Part shown: positions 17,913-28,975 of the stretch, in pieces
Layout of the letters: each line of letters begins with the position of its first letter
How positions within the stretch are numbered: position 1 is the stretch's first letter
NCBI GenBank assembly: GCA_963977015.1
Contig: CAXBMO010000029.1
Span: 17,423-81,422 of the forward strand
Direction: 5' to 3'
DNA: 64,000 nt
Source: an uncultured bacterium
GTDB taxonomy: Bacteria; Verrucomicrobiota; Verrucomicrobiia; Verrucomicrobiales; DEV007
Position numbers and translations under genes: made by a program
Notes under the pieces: model-generated
Seen by the model: only the letters and a program-made list of their open reading frames with translations
What the model was told of the DNA's origin: nothing
The model's database searches: none

Positions 17913-18023
17913 GCCGTCGGCGTTGGGATTTGCTTCCGGACGCCTGCGTTGCGACCGTAATATTCCAGGGTTTTCCGACGTGTGATTCAAGCAATCAACC
18001 TGAACCGCGCTATAATCTTCACC

Positions 18024-20873
18024 ATGAAACCCCTTTTGTTGCTTTCAGGGCTGACGCTGGCCCTGGGCAGTGCCTCGGCTGAGGAATTGGATTTCAATCG
18101 TGAAGTCCGCCCGATTCTCGCCGCTAACTGCTTCGAATGTCATGGACCGGATGAGGCGGCGCGGAAGGGGAAATTGCGGCTGGATCAGGCCGGCGCCCGG
18201 GCGCTGACGGACGGGGAAGTGATCGCGAGAATCATGAGCGATGATCCTGACGAGATCATGCCGCCCCCGAAGGCGAACAAAACGCTGAGCGGTGAGCAAA
18301 TCGAAACCCTGAAGGCATGGATCGAATCCGGAGCCGAATACGCAGAGCACTGGGCGTTCGTCAAACCCACTCGGCCGGACGTGCCGAAGCGAGGTGAATG
18401 GGCGCGCAACGAGATCGATGCGTTTGTCGCGCGGCGGTTGCAGAAGGAAGGTCTCGAGCCGTCTCCGGAGGCTGACCCCTATTCCCTGATTCGACGCGTG
18501 TATCTGGATTTGATCGGCCTGCTTCCCACCCAGGAAGAGGCGGACGCGTTCGTCAATTCCGAGGATCCACTGGCTTACGAGCAACTGGTTGACCGGCTGT
18601 TGAATTCGCCGCACTACGGGGAGCGCTGGGCGCGTCCCTGGCTGGATCTGGCCCGTTACGCGGACTCCAACGGATACGAGAAGGATCGGCCGCGATCGAT
18701 TTGGCCCTATCGAGATTGGGTGATCCGGGCGCTCAATGCCGACCAACCTTTCGATCAGTTCACCATCGAGCAAATCGCGGGGGACATGCTTCCCAATGCC
18801 ACGCTCGACCAACGGATCGCGACCGGATTTCACCGCAATACGATGTTGAACGAAGAAGGTGGCATTGATCCTCTGGAATACCGATTCCACGCGGTGGTTG
18901 ATCGGGTGCTGACCACGGGGACGACCTGGATGGGACTGACGACGGGGTGCGCCCAATGCCATACGCACAAGTACGATCCCATCACGCATACGGATTACTT
19001 TGGCCTGTTTGCCCTTCTCAACAATGCCGACGAACCCGATCTGGAAGTTTGGGATGAGGCGACGCGAACGCGGCAGGCCGAGCTCGAAACCCGGATTCGG
19101 CAGACGGAGCAGGAATTGCTCGCCGGAGCCAATCCGGAGGCGGTTGCTTCGTGGATTCAATCAGAGCGGGAAAAGGCGGTGCCGTGGACGGTGATTGTGC
19201 CCACAACCTGGTCGACGAACTTGCCGAAGCTCGAGGTCGAAGAAGACGGCGCGATTTTTGCGAGTGGAGATTTTACGAAACGCGATGTCTACACGCTCAA
19301 CTTCGAGCTTGAGGATTCGAAGCCGATTACCGCGATTCGTCTGGAAGTGTTGCCGGATTCGCGACTTCCAGCCCGAGGACCGGGACGCAGCTACTACGAG
19401 GGGAGGGATGGCGACTTTTTCCTGAGCGAGTTGACGCTTCGGGTCGGGGGAATGCCCGTGTCATTCGCGTCCTCCAGTGCGGGGTTTGGAAAGATTGCGG
19501 TGGGATCCGGCGGCGCGAAGTCCGAGAACGTCTATGACGGGAAGGGCTCCACGGGATGGTCGACGGCGACGCGCGAAGGTGAACGTCACGAACTGGTGCT
19601 GAACCTGGCAGAACCGATCGCCAACCCTTCGAGTTTCGAAATAGAGCTGCTTTTCGAGCGCCACTTTGTGGCAGCGTTAGGCAAATTTCGCTTCGCGGTG
19701 ACATCATCGCCCAAACCGGCTCAGGCGCGCCCCGGAATGGCCGCTGACCCGCTGAACGCCTCCGAGGCTGAGATGAAATTGGACTACGTTCGATTCGCTC
19801 CCGAGTTTGAAACGCAACGGGAACCGCTCGTGAATCTGCGGAAGCAGCTTCCCAAACCGGCAACAACCCTGGTGTTTCGCGAGCGTCCCACGGACAACAT
19901 TCGCCCCACGTTTCGCCATCACCGCGGCGAATATCTGCAAGCTAAAGAGCCGGTTTCCCCGCGCGTTCCGGAGATGTTTGAGCCGATCCCGGATGGCGAG
20001 CCCGTCAATCGACTCTCCTTCGCCCAGTGGTTGGTGAGCGACCGAAACCCGCTTGTCGCCCGGGTCACCGTGAACCGCGCCTGGCAGCAGATGTTTGGCC
20101 GGGGAATTGTCGAGTCGACCGCGGATTTTGGGACCCAATCCGCACCGCCGAGTCACCCCGAATTGCTGGATTGGTTGGCGGTCGACTTTGTTGAAAACGG
20201 TTGGTCGTTCAAAAAGCTTCACCGGTTGATCGTGACGAGTGCAACCTATCGACAGAGTTCACGGATCACCCCGAGTTTGCTGGAGAAAGATCCCGACAAC
20301 TCGTTGTTGGCCCGTGGGGCGCGGTTTCGGTTGGATGCGGAGGCCATTCGCGATGTCGGCTTGAAAGCGAGTGGGCTGCTTTCGCCGAAGATGTTCGGGC
20401 CGAGCGTTTTTCCGGTCCAGGATTCAAGCGTTTATGCCGCGGCTTATGGCAAGCCGAAGTGGCAGGCGTCGAAGGGGGCCGATCAATATCGCCGCAGTCT
20501 CTACACGTTTTCGAAACGCACGGCTCCATTTGCCGCCTTCACCGTGTTTGATGCGCCGACGGGCGAGACCTGCACGGCCCGGCGCGAGCGCAGCAACACT
20601 CCGCTGCAAGCCCTGACCCTGTTGAATGACCAGATGTTTGTGGAAATGGCGGAGGGACTGGCCCGCGACGCGATCACGCATCATTCCGATTCGCGCGAAC
20701 GCGTTCAATTCATGCTTCGGCGATGCCTGACACGTCCACCAACAGAGTTTGAAGTCGCGACGCTGCTCACCTTTCAAGAAGAGCAGCAACGGCGCCTGAA
20801 TGATGAATCGCTGGCCTGGATGTTAACCGCCCGGGCTGTGATCAATCTGGATGAAACCATCACCAAAGGCTGA
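18024..20873 (+). CDS. PSD1/planctomycete cytochrome c domain protein (DUF1549/DUF1553)
   Basis: CFECH and CAQCH heme motifs; [61 protein letters not shown] at 18011-18016, 7 nt before the ATG. Confidence 0.93.
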   Translation: MKPLLLLSGLTLALGSASAEELDFNREVRPILAANCFECHGPDEAARKGKLRLDQAGARALTDGEVIARIMSDDPDEIMPPPKANKTLSGEQIETLKAWIESGAEYAEHWAFVKPTRPDVPKRGEWARNEIDAFVARRLQKEGLEPSPEADPYSLIRRVYLDLIGLLPTQEEADAFVNSEDPLAYEQLVDRLLNSPHYGERWARPWLDLARYADSNGYEKDRPRSIWPYRDWVIRALNADQPFDQFTIEQIAGDMLPNATLDQRIATGFHRNTMLNEEGGIDPLEYRFHAVVDRVLTTGTTWMGLTTGCAQCHTHKYDPITHTDYFGLFALLNNADEPDLEVWDEATRTRQAELETRIRQTEQELLAGANPEAVASWIQSEREKAVPWTVIVPTTWSTNLPKLEVEEDGAIFASGDFTKRDVYTLNFELEDSKPITAIRLEVLPDSRLPARGPGRSYYEGRDGDFFLSELTLRVGGMPVSFASSSAGFGKIAVGSGGAKSENVYDGKGSTGWSTATREGERHELVLNLAEPIANPSSFEIELLFERHFVAALGKFRFAVTSSPKPAQARPGMAADPLNASEAEMKLDYVRFAPEFETQREPLVNLRKQLPKPATTLVFRERPTDNIRPTFRHHRGEYLQAKEPVSPRVPEMFEPIPDGEPVNRLSFAQWLVSDRNPLVARVTVNRAWQQMFGRGIVESTADFGTQSAPPSHPELLDWLAVDFVENGWSFKKLHRLIVTSATYRQSSRITPSLLEKDPDNSLLARGARFRLDAEAIRDVGLKASGLLSPKMFGPSVFPVQDSSVYAAAYGKPKWQASKGADQYRRSLYTFSKRTAPFAAFTVFDAPTGETCTARRERSNTPLQALTLLNDQMFVEMAEGLARDAITHHSDSRERVQFMLRRCLTRPPTEFEVATLLTFQEEQQRRLNDESLAWMLTARAVINLDETITKG

Positions 20874-20874
20874 C

Positions 20875-22302
20875 ATGACGGAACCGATCAATCCCCTGCA
20901 TCAAAGGACGCGACGCCAGTTTTTCGACACCTGTGGAGTCGGGCTTGGCAAGGTGGCGTTGGCATCTCTTCTCGCGCAACCTGCTTCGGCGGCGAAGAGC
21001 CCACTCAGTCCGCGAAAACCGCCCTTTCCGGCGAAGGCCAAACGCGTCATCTACCTGTTCATGGCGGGCGCGCCGAGCCAGTTGGAGCTGTTTGATCACA
21101 AACCCAAACTTCGCGAATTGGATGGAAAGCCGATTCCGCCGGAGGTGATCAAGGGGCAGCGCTACGCCTTCATTCAGCCGGACGCGGCGGTACTGGCGCC
21201 TCGGTTCCAGTTTTCGCGCCACGGGCAATCCGGAGCCGAGATCTCGGAGATGCTGCCGCATTTGGGCAGGGTGGCCGACGAGATCGCCATCGTAAAATCG
21301 GTCCATACGGATCAGTTCAACCACTCGCCGGCCCAGCTTTTCGTGAATACCGGGAGCGGAATTCCCGGGAGACCGGCGATGGGTGCGTGGCTGAATTATG
21401 GGCTCGGCAGCGAAGCGAACGACCTTCCCGGGTTCGTGGTTTTGAAGAGTGGTGGAAACTTGAGTGGCGGTGCGGCGATGTGGAGCAGTGGATTTTTGCC
21501 GTCCAGCTATCAAGGGGTGCCGTTTCGCAGTTCCGGGGACCCGATCCTGCATGTGTCGAACCCGAAAGGTGTGGATCAACAGGCGCAGCGCGATTCCCTC
21601 GACGTGATTCGAGAACTGAATCAGCGCCAGTTCAAAAACACCGGCGATCCTGAAATTCAGACGAGAATCAATGCCTACGAGATGGCTTTTCGCATGCAGT
21701 CACGCGCTCCCGAGTTGATGGATTTCTCACAGGAAAGCCAGGCCACGCTCGATTTATACGGCGCAAAACCGGGGGATGGCGGAGCTTCCTACGCAAACAA
21801 TTGCCTGCTCGCTCGGCGGCTCGCAGAACGTGGGGTCCGTTTCATCCAGGTGTATCATTCGGGTTGGGATCATCATTCCAATGTTGAAGGTGGGGTTCGC
21901 CGGCAATGCCAGGCAACCGACCAGGCGAGCGCCGCGTTGATCCGCGACCTCAAGGTGCGCGGACTTCTCGAGGATACCTTGGTTGTCTGGGGGGGCGAAT
22001 TCGGGCGAACGCCAATGGTCGAGGCCAGTGCTGCGCTCGGACGATCACAGGGCCGCGATCATCATCCCCAGGCCTTTACGATGTGGTTTGCCGGAGGAGG
22101 CATCAAACCGGGAATCACTATCGGCCAAACCGATGAGCTGGGATTCCACGTGATCGAAGACGGGATCCATGTTCACGACGTTCAGGCAACCATGCTTCAT
22201 TTGCTCGGCATCGATCACGAGGAACTGACCTACACCTTTCAAGGCCGGCCGTTCCGATTGACCGATGTTCACGGACACGTGGCGAAGAAGCTGCTCGCCT
22301 GA
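20875..22302 (+). CDS. DUF1501 domain protein (Tat-exported)
   Basis: TRRQFF Tat motif; [53 protein letters not shown]. Confidence 0.93.
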   Translation: MTEPINPLHQRTRRQFFDTCGVGLGKVALASLLAQPASAAKSPLSPRKPPFPAKAKRVIYLFMAGAPSQLELFDHKPKLRELDGKPIPPEVIKGQRYAFIQPDAAVLAPRFQFSRHGQSGAEISEMLPHLGRVADEIAIVKSVHTDQFNHSPAQLFVNTGSGIPGRPAMGAWLNYGLGSEANDLPGFVVLKSGGNLSGGAAMWSSGFLPSSYQGVPFRSSGDPILHVSNPKGVDQQAQRDSLDVIRELNQRQFKNTGDPEIQTRINAYEMAFRMQSRAPELMDFSQESQATLDLYGAKPGDGGASYANNCLLARRLAERGVRFIQVYHSGWDHHSNVEGGVRRQCQATDQASAALIRDLKVRGLLEDTLVVWGGEFGRTPMVEASAALGRSQGRDHHPQAFTMWFAGGGIKPGITIGQTDELGFHVIEDGIHVHDVQATMLHLLGIDHEELTYTFQGRPFRLTDVHGHVAKKLLA

Positions 22303-22365
22303 CCTGAGCGTGCTTTTTGGCAGACTTGGGTTTGAAGGGAATGGGTTCTTTGCAAAGATTCGATC

Positions 22366-23136
22366 ATGAGTTCTCAACTTTTTGATTTGTCAGGGCGCGT
22401 CGCGCTGGTCACGGGCGGAAGCAAAGGGCTGGGCAAGGCCATGGCCCGTGGATTTGCCGAGCACGGAGCGGACGTGATGATTTGCAGCCGAAGCGAGGAC
22501 GAACTCAAAGCGGCGCAGCGTGAAATCGGCGAAGGATTGGATGTGAAGGTTGAATATCGCGTCACGGATATGACGGATCGGAATGAGGTCAAAGCGCTAG
22601 CGGCGGAGACGATCGAGAAACTGGGCAAAGTCGATATTCTCGTCAACAACGCGGGATCGAACTCACCGGAGCCGATCGATCAGATCACGGACGAAGCCTG
22701 GGACCGCATTCTCGAACTCAATCTCAGTAGCGTGATGGTTTTAACCCGGGAGCTGGTTCCCCAGATGAAGGAACGAAAATGGGGTCGGATTATCCACATT
22801 TCCTCGGTGCTGGGCGTTGGTTCCAAAGAGGCGCGCAATTCCTATTCGGCGACCAAGGCCGCCCTGATTGGGTTCGCAAAGGCTTCCGCGCTCGACCTTG
22901 GACCAGATGGCATCACCGTGAATTGCCTGGCTCCAGGGCCTTTCCTGACGGACTTGCCGATGAGTCTGCTTGATGAAGCGCAGAAGAAGAAGTTCGCCGA
23001 GTTTACCGCGTTGGGGCGATGGGGCAGGCCACCGGAGATTGCTGGTCCGGCGGTGATGCTGGCGAGCGAGGCGGGAAGCTACATCACCGGAGAGACGTTG
23101 CTCGTCGATGGCGGAGCTTATGCCCGGGCCCTGTAA
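22366..23136 (+). CDS. Short-chain dehydrogenase/reductase
   Basis: TGGSKGLG, NNAG, YSATK catalytic motif. Confidence 0.93.
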   Translation: MSSQLFDLSGRVALVTGGSKGLGKAMARGFAEHGADVMICSRSEDELKAAQREIGEGLDVKVEYRVTDMTDRNEVKALAAETIEKLGKVDILVNNAGSNSPEPIDQITDEAWDRILELNLSSVMVLTRELVPQMKERKWGRIIHISSVLGVGSKEARNSYSATKAALIGFAKASALDLGPDGITVNCLAPGPFLTDLPMSLLDEAQKKKFAEFTALGRWGRPPEIAGPAVMLASEAGSYITGETLLVDGGAYARAL

Positions 23137-23149
23137 ATCGGAGCGCTTT

Positions 23150-24661
23150 TTACTCGTACTCCCATTTCATGATCCACGGATCGTTCATCTCTTTCTGAAA
23201 CTGTTTCAGGCGTTCCTGATACTCTTTGAGGACGTCCGCAAACTCGGGGTTCTCGGCCAGGTTCGTGGTTTCGTGAGGATCCTTCCCAATATCATAGAGC
23301 TCGAACGCCGGGCGATTGACGTACTCTCCCACCGTCCGGTTCCCATAGTTTGCGTCGGGTCCCTTGTCCCATTGCGCCTGCCAGGTTGACGCCGCCCAAA
23401 GATCGGACGCGAAAGGATAGGGAAGGCCATGCGCAATATTCCAGATCAGCTTGTATTCCTTGTCGCGAATGACGCGCATGGGATAGTACATCTGGATTTC
23501 GTGAAACGTGTGTGAAGCAAATATCGATTCCCAATGCGTCGCGTCTGCTTTTCCAAGAACCGGGAGCCAGGATTTCCCGTGGTAACGATCCAGTCCTTTT
23601 CGCGGTCCCCGGTTATCCTTGGCGGCATAGGCTTTGCCTTTCCAGTAATCGTCGGCCGGGACCCAGTTTTTGGGACGATTCTTGGAGGTATCCAGACCGC
23701 CGGCAAAATCCAGAAGCGACGGGGTGATGTCGATGTGACTGATGAGCGCTTCAGACTTCAGGCCGCGATTGGTTTCGTAGGGATTGCGAACGACGAAGGG
23801 GACCCTCAAGCCACCTTCGAAGACGGTCGTCTTTCCTCCGGGAAAAGCCATCCCGTGGTCAGCGGTGAAAACGATGAGCGTCTTGTCGTAAAGGTCTGCT
23901 TCTTTGAGAATCTCGACCAGTTTGCCCACGCCCTGGTCGATTCGTGAGCAGCTCTGGTAGTAGTGGGCCAGTTCGCTGCGGGACTCCGGAGTATCGGGCA
24001 GGAAGGGAGGAACGATCACGTCCTTGGGGTCGAAAATGACCTCATCCACGCCGGGGTGAGATTCGCCGTTCGGTTTGTTTCCAAAAAGGTCGGGCTTATG
24101 TTTGCCGGGAAACCGGTCGTCTTTTCCGCCACCGCGATGAGGATCGCTTGTCGCGAAGTAGAGGAAGAAGGGCTTGTCTTCATCAGCGGTGATGAACTCC
24201 TTGGCTGCTTCCGCCATTTGCACCGCATTCCTTCCATTCCCTTTCAGGTAGGTTTCGTAGTGATAGACTTCCTCGGGCGCAACGTGGTATTTCCCGATAT
24301 GTCCGGTCCGGTAACCTGCGTTGCCCATCACCCGGGGGAGGGAGAGGCTTACCACATTGTAGTAGCTTGCAAACTTGTGATAGGAGTGCTGGTGCCCATA
24401 TTGACCATTCGCGTGATTATGCAGGCCCGACATGACGACCGATCGGCTCGCTGAACAACTTGCGGTCGTGGCAAAGGCGTTGAGGAAAACGGTTCCATCG
24501 GCCGCAACCGCGTCAATGTGGGGCGTTACCGCAGCCGTGTCGCCATAGCAGCCGAGGGTCGGGCTTTCATCATCGGTGATGAAGAAGATGACGTTTTTCT
24601 CCGCAGCAAAGGCAGAGGTGATCAGGAACAACGCAGCACAAACAACGAAAGGGGTTTTCAT
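23150..24661 (-). CDS. Sulfatase (N-sulfoglucosamine sulfohydrolase-like)
   Basis: FITDD, CSASR formylglycine motif, GKYHV, TADHG, HTFHEIQMYYPMR; signal peptide; SD GGAGG before ATG 24661. Confidence 0.9.
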   Translation of the reverse strand: MKTPFVVCAALFLITSAFAAEKNVIFFITDDESPTLGCYGDTAAVTPHIDAVAADGTVFLNAFATTASCSASRSVVMSGLHNHANGQYGHQHSYHKFASYYNVVSLSLPRVMGNAGYRTGHIGKYHVAPEEVYHYETYLKGNGRNAVQMAEAAKEFITADEDKPFFLYFATSDPHRGGGKDDRFPGKHKPDLFGNKPNGESHPGVDEVIFDPKDVIVPPFLPDTPESRSELAHYYQSCSRIDQGVGKLVEILKEADLYDKTLIVFTADHGMAFPGGKTTVFEGGLRVPFVVRNPYETNRGLKSEALISHIDITPSLLDFAGGLDTSKNRPKNWVPADDYWKGKAYAAKDNRGPRKGLDRYHGKSWLPVLGKADATHWESIFASHTFHEIQMYYPMRVIRDKEYKLIWNIAHGLPYPFASDLWAASTWQAQWDKGPDANYGNRTVGEYVNRPAFELYDIGKDPHETTNLAENPEFADVLKEYQERLKQFQKEMNDPWIMKWEYE

Positions 24662-24718
24662 TGCCTCCACCTTTCGGGAGATCTGGCCTGCGTCAACCAG
24701 CCATTTTACCGAGGGCGC

Positions 24719-25282
24719 CTATGCTCCAGATTTCAACGGTAGGGTGGCGACTTCGCTGTAGAAATACGTTCCGTTTTCACCGATCCTGGATTCCAGAAGG
24801 AGAACCTCCGTTGCCTTTTGGGAAATCGAGCCGGGCCGGGAGGGAAGGTTCGGTCGCTTTTGGCCATGTTTCAGCCTTGCCAGCGTGATGTGGGGCCGGA
24901 AAAGGCGCGTTTCCGGTTCCAATCCACAATCCTGGGCCAGTTGTTCCAACAGCTTGACCAAGTTCTTCAATTCCGGCGAAGCGGTGACCTTTGCCGCAAT
25001 GATTCTGGCGCGAGAGACGCGGGGAAAGAGGACGGAACGTCCGATTTCGTAATGAACTGGAGAGGTTTGTTCGCTGATCTCAGCGGCTCCGCTTTGAAGT
25101 TGCTCCATCTTTTCATCCTCCAGTTCGCCGAGAAAACGGAGTGTGAGATGGAGATCGTCGGTCGGGACAAATCGGCCAAACCGCTCCCAGCCGCTTCCGC
25201 GAAAGAGTTGAATTCGATTGGTCAGAAAATCGAGACCGTCTTCGTCTGGTCTCAGGGCTAGGAAAAAGCGGCGTTGGGCCAT
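24719..25282 (-). CDS. thpR: RNA 2',3'-cyclic phosphodiesterase (2H phosphoesterase)
   Basis: RFFLAL N-terminus; two HxT motifs LHLTLRFLG and FRPHITLAR. Start at ATG 25282. Confidence 0.88.
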   Translation of the reverse strand: MAQRRFFLALRPDEDGLDFLTNRIQLFRGSGWERFGRFVPTDDLHLTLRFLGELEDEKMEQLQSGAAEISEQTSPVHYEIGRSVLFPRVSRARIIAAKVTASPELKNLVKLLEQLAQDCGLEPETRLFRPHITLARLKHGQKRPNLPSRPGSISQKATEVLLLESRIGENGTYFYSEVATLPLKSGA

Positions 25283-25348
25283 AAAAATTGATACATTCTG
25301 TTTGCCGTGATGCAATCTCGGCGCGCTGGTGACGTCAAACGTCCCGAA

Positions 25349-26215
25349 ATGAAAGCTCCGATTACTGCCCTGTTCGTCTTGTTGTTTGGTTTTAGCAATA
25401 GCTTCGCGCTCACTGCCCAAGAAATTCTTGAGCAGCATGAGCAGGCAAAAGCTGAAGCGTTGCAAGCTTATCTCGATGCCAATCCTGAAGCTGAAGATCG
25501 CGCAGACGCGGTTGAGCATCTCATCGATTCGCTGACCGTTTTGGGCGACAGCGAAAAGGTGTTTCCGCTGCTCGAAGAGCGCTACGCAGCCCTGGTCTCT
25601 GTTCCGGAGCCGGATCTTCAGGCCCTGCTCGGTGAATTGGTCCCCCAACTGGTGGACGGATTTCGCGTCGGCGAAGGCAAGGACAAAGCCCGTGAGTTTA
25701 TTGATCGGGTTGAGAAAGACCTGGCGGTGGTGATTCAGCAGAATCCCCGAATCGGAGGCTATCTGCAGCAGTTGCGAGGCAAGTTGAATATGCCGGGAGT
25801 CGGCGAGGCCATGGATATCCAGTTCACCTCAATCAGCGGTGATTCCATCGACCTGGCGGAGATGAAGGGGAAGGTTGTCTTGGTCGACTTTTGGGCGACC
25901 TGGTGCGGACCGTGCATCGCTGAGATGCCGAATGTGATCAATGCCTACAAGAAACATCGCGAAAGTGGGTTCGAGGTCGTTGGCATTTCCCTGGACCAAG
26001 ACAAGAACGCCCTGGAGAACTATATCAGCGAACATGAGATGACCTGGCCGCAGTATTTCGATGGCAAAGGCTGGGGGAACGAGATTGCGGGCAAGTTTGG
26101 AATTCAGGGAATCCCGGCGACGTTTCTGATCGGTAAAGATGGCAAGATTGCCGCCACCAATCTTCGGGGCGACGATCTCGAGAAGAAAGTGACCGAACTC
26201 CTCGGAGATTCTTAG
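25349..26215 (+). CDS. TlpA/ResA-family thiol:disulfide oxidoreductase
   Basis: Signal peptide; KGKVVLVDFWATWCGPC, GISLD, GIPATFLI. Confidence 0.92.
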   Translation: MKAPITALFVLLFGFSNSFALTAQEILEQHEQAKAEALQAYLDANPEAEDRADAVEHLIDSLTVLGDSEKVFPLLEERYAALVSVPEPDLQALLGELVPQLVDGFRVGEGKDKAREFIDRVEKDLAVVIQQNPRIGGYLQQLRGKLNMPGVGEAMDIQFTSISGDSIDLAEMKGKVVLVDFWATWCGPCIAEMPNVINAYKKHRESGFEVVGISLDQDKNALENYISEHEMTWPQYFDGKGWGNEIAGKFGIQGIPATFLIGKDGKIAATNLRGDDLEKKVTELLGDS

Positions 26216-26227
26216 GCTGCGGTACTT

Positions 26228-27679
26228 TCAGCGGTAATCGCTGCTTCGACTCGCGGTGCGGATTCCGCTGCGAAGTCGCCATTCCAGAAGCGTTTCCATC
26301 AACGCGCGTTTGGTCGCGTCGTGATCGGGATTGGACCAAAGGTTCACCTGCTCCCCGGGATCGTTCTCAAGATCGAACAATTGCCCTTCGTTTTCTCCGT
26401 TGATCGCATCGCTTCCCAGAATGTGAACCAGCTTCCAACGGTCGGTGCGCACCATGGTCATATAGTCGGCCGTGGTGAAATTTCCGTCGCGTGGATGCTC
26501 GGCAAAGACGCAGTCACGGCCTCTCCAATCCGGATCGCCTTCGAGCGCGGGCAGCAGGCTCCGAGCTTCAAAGGTGTCGGGAACGGAGAGGCCTGCGAGT
26601 TCGAGAATCGCCGGACCGATATCGAACAGTGAAACGAGATCGTCGATGGTTCGCCCGCCCTCAAACCGCTTCGGCGACCAGACGATGAGCGGCACATTCG
26701 TGACCTGCTCATACATCGTCCATTTCTGGCTGTGACCGTGGTCGGTGAGGCAGTCGCCGTGATCCGAGGTGAAGATTACGATGGAGTTCTCCAGATAACC
26801 CTGGGTTTCGAGGGAATCCATGATCTTGCCAACTTGATGGTCGATCATGGTGACATTGGCGAAGTAGTGCCTTCGCTGACGCAGCCGCTGTTCTTCGGTT
26901 GGATCAAGGTCCAGAACGACGGAGTCGTGATCAACTTCGTGGTTGTGGACGCGCATGCCCTTGTAGGCTTCGGGTTGACCGTTCAAGTCTTCCTCCGTCA
27001 CTTCCTGAAGCGGCACCGCACGGTCGTCGTAGCGCTCCAGATACTCCGGAGTGGGATCGTAGGGCGGATGTGGTCCGGGGAAGCCGATTTCGAGAAAGAG
27101 AGGCTCGGTTTGGGGATAATTTTCGATCCACCACGACGCGGTGTTGCCGACAAACATGTCGCTGTGGCTGTCCTCGGGCAAATCCCAGGTAAACGCGCCC
27201 AACTTCTTTTCGTAGTTCGAGAATTTGCGATATTGCTCCCGCTGCTGCTTCACCAGTCCGCGGGCGGCGAGGGCCTTGTCCCACTCATCAAAAAAGTAGC
27301 GTCCCTCCAAATAGCGATCCTTGTTTTCGACCACATAGCGTTGATGAAACCCACATGGCGTGGTGAAGGGCCAGGTGTGCATTTTCCCGACATTGGCACA
27401 ATGGTAGCCGCTCGCGTTCAAGTCTTCGATCCAGGAATGCTCCCAGCGATCGGCGTTTTTGAGGATGCCCGTGGTGTGGGGATATTGACCGGTGAACAGG
27501 CTTGCCCGTGATGGCGCGCAGCTTGGAGCCGTCACGTGGCAGTTCGTAAACGCGACGCCTTCGTTGACGAGCCGATCCAGATTCGGGGTGTCAACGTGGT
27601 CGAAACCCAGCGCGTTGATGGTATCGAACCGTTGCTGGTCGGTGAGGATAAAGATGATGTTGGGGCGTTCCTGGGCCAT
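26228..27679 (-). CDS. Sulfatase (choline/arylsulfatase-like)
   Basis: PNIIFILTDQQR, CAPSRAS, GKMH, PHPPY, TSDHG. Confidence 0.92.
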   Translation of the reverse strand: MAQERPNIIFILTDQQRFDTINALGFDHVDTPNLDRLVNEGVAFTNCHVTAPSCAPSRASLFTGQYPHTTGILKNADRWEHSWIEDLNASGYHCANVGKMHTWPFTTPCGFHQRYVVENKDRYLEGRYFFDEWDKALAARGLVKQQREQYRKFSNYEKKLGAFTWDLPEDSHSDMFVGNTASWWIENYPQTEPLFLEIGFPGPHPPYDPTPEYLERYDDRAVPLQEVTEEDLNGQPEAYKGMRVHNHEVDHDSVVLDLDPTEEQRLRQRRHYFANVTMIDHQVGKIMDSLETQGYLENSIVIFTSDHGDCLTDHGHSQKWTMYEQVTNVPLIVWSPKRFEGGRTIDDLVSLFDIGPAILELAGLSVPDTFEARSLLPALEGDPDWRGRDCVFAEHPRDGNFTTADYMTMVRTDRWKLVHILGSDAINGENEGQLFDLENDPGEQVNLWSNPDHDATKRALMETLLEWRLRSGIRTASRSSDYR

Positions 27680-27821
27680 GTCGAATAGATTGCGGGATGT
27701 GCGTGCTCAAAAAGTGGAGATTAACCAGTTAGTGGGCTAGGTTTGAAAGTCAGGGACTCTTTGTGATTAAGTTAGGCTTGCTAAACGAACCGATTTGATC
27801 GATGAATCAACCCTTCGTCTC

Positions 27822-28481
27822 ATGGAAGCTGCTGCCATCCAAATCTATCAAAAGCCACCCAAGCGAGATGTCTGGTTTTTCATTTCGTATGCGCGGAGGA
27901 ACCAGCAGTTGGCGGGAAGCTTTATGGATTTGTTTCTCGAGCAGGTCGGCCCGGCCAAGAATTATCGCTATCATTTTTGGCAGGATTCCGAGATTTTGGT
28001 CGGCGATCAATGGCATGAGGAGATTCAGAAGGCACTGGAAGTCTGCGACTTGGGGATTCTGCTACTCAGTCCGGCATTTCTCAATTCCCAATACATCAGC
28101 GAGCAGGAACTCCCCAATTACGTTGGGGCGAAGGGCAAGGCGGTGTTGCCGGTTCTTCTCCAACGGGTCGATTTTAAGCTCCATGACCTCAAGGGGTTGG
28201 AGCGATTCCAGTTTTTCCGGCTCAACCGGCCGAGTTTCAAGCACTCCAAGTGCTACGCGGATTGCAACAGTCAGCAACGGCGGCAATTTGCGGAAGCCCT
28301 CTTTCGCGAGACGCAGCAACTGCTCGACGAACTTTATCTCCCAGCTGCCGAACTTCCCGAGGAGAGCGCCAAGACGGGGAAACCGCTTTCCGGCGGTTTT
28401 GCCTTTTCGCGGGCGATCAATCAACGCGCACGGCGGCAGCGAAAATCGGTCGAATCGGCCAATCACCAGGAACACGGATGA
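27822..28481 (+). CDS. TIR-domain protein (TIR_2 type)
   Basis: FFISYARRN, FWQDSEILVGDQWHEEIQKAL, LLLSPAFLNSQYISEQELP. Start ATG 27822 (alternative TTG 27795); stop overlaps the next ATG (ATGA). Confidence 0.85.
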   Translation: MEAAAIQIYQKPPKRDVWFFISYARRNQQLAGSFMDLFLEQVGPAKNYRYHFWQDSEILVGDQWHEEIQKALEVCDLGILLLSPAFLNSQYISEQELPNYVGAKGKAVLPVLLQRVDFKLHDLKGLERFQFFRLNRPSFKHSKCYADCNSQQRRQFAEALFRETQQLLDELYLPAAELPEESAKTGKPLSGGFAFSRAINQRARRQRKSVESANHQEHG

Positions 28482-28966
28482 TCGACTTTATAATTCAAAC
28501 CTTTGAGGAACAGGGATGGGCCTATCACAAAGTGGAGGGAGCCGACGTCATCGAGACCGGTTTCGAGGCGCACCATACCAAGGTTCATCTTCATATTCAG
28601 GCATTTCCCGAGATCAGCGCGATCTCCGTGGTTTCCCAGTCGCCGATTGTCTCCACGTCGCCCGATCGACGATTGAAGGTGCTCGAATTGATCATGCGCG
28701 TGAACGAGGTTCTGAATATCGGGAACTTTGAGCTCCGTTGGGATCAGGGAGAAGTCGTTTTTCGGACGACCAACCTGTTCTCGAAAAGTCGTTTTGACGG
28801 AGCGATTTTGATCGCGTTGGTCGAGGCGACGATCGTTGAAGTCGATCGCATCACGCCTTGTCTCAATATCATTCAGAAGTCCTCACCTGCTGAATTGATG
28901 ATGCTCGACGTCGCAGAATTGATGCAAAGAGATGATTTGGTGCCGGATGTCGGCAATTCTGATTGA
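28478..28966 (+). CDS. YbjN-domain (type III chaperone-like fold) protein
   Basis: FEEQGWAY...VLELIMRVNEVLNIGNFELRWDQGEVVFR pattern; ATGA overlap with the TIR gene. Confidence 0.72.
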   Translation: MIDFIIQTFEEQGWAYHKVEGADVIETGFEAHHTKVHLHIQAFPEISAISVVSQSPIVSTSPDRRLKVLELIMRVNEVLNIGNFELRWDQGEVVFRTTNLFSKSRFDGAILIALVEATIVEVDRITPCLNIIQKSSPAELMMLDVAELMQRDDLVPDVGNSD

Positions 28967-28975
28967 ATTGGATGA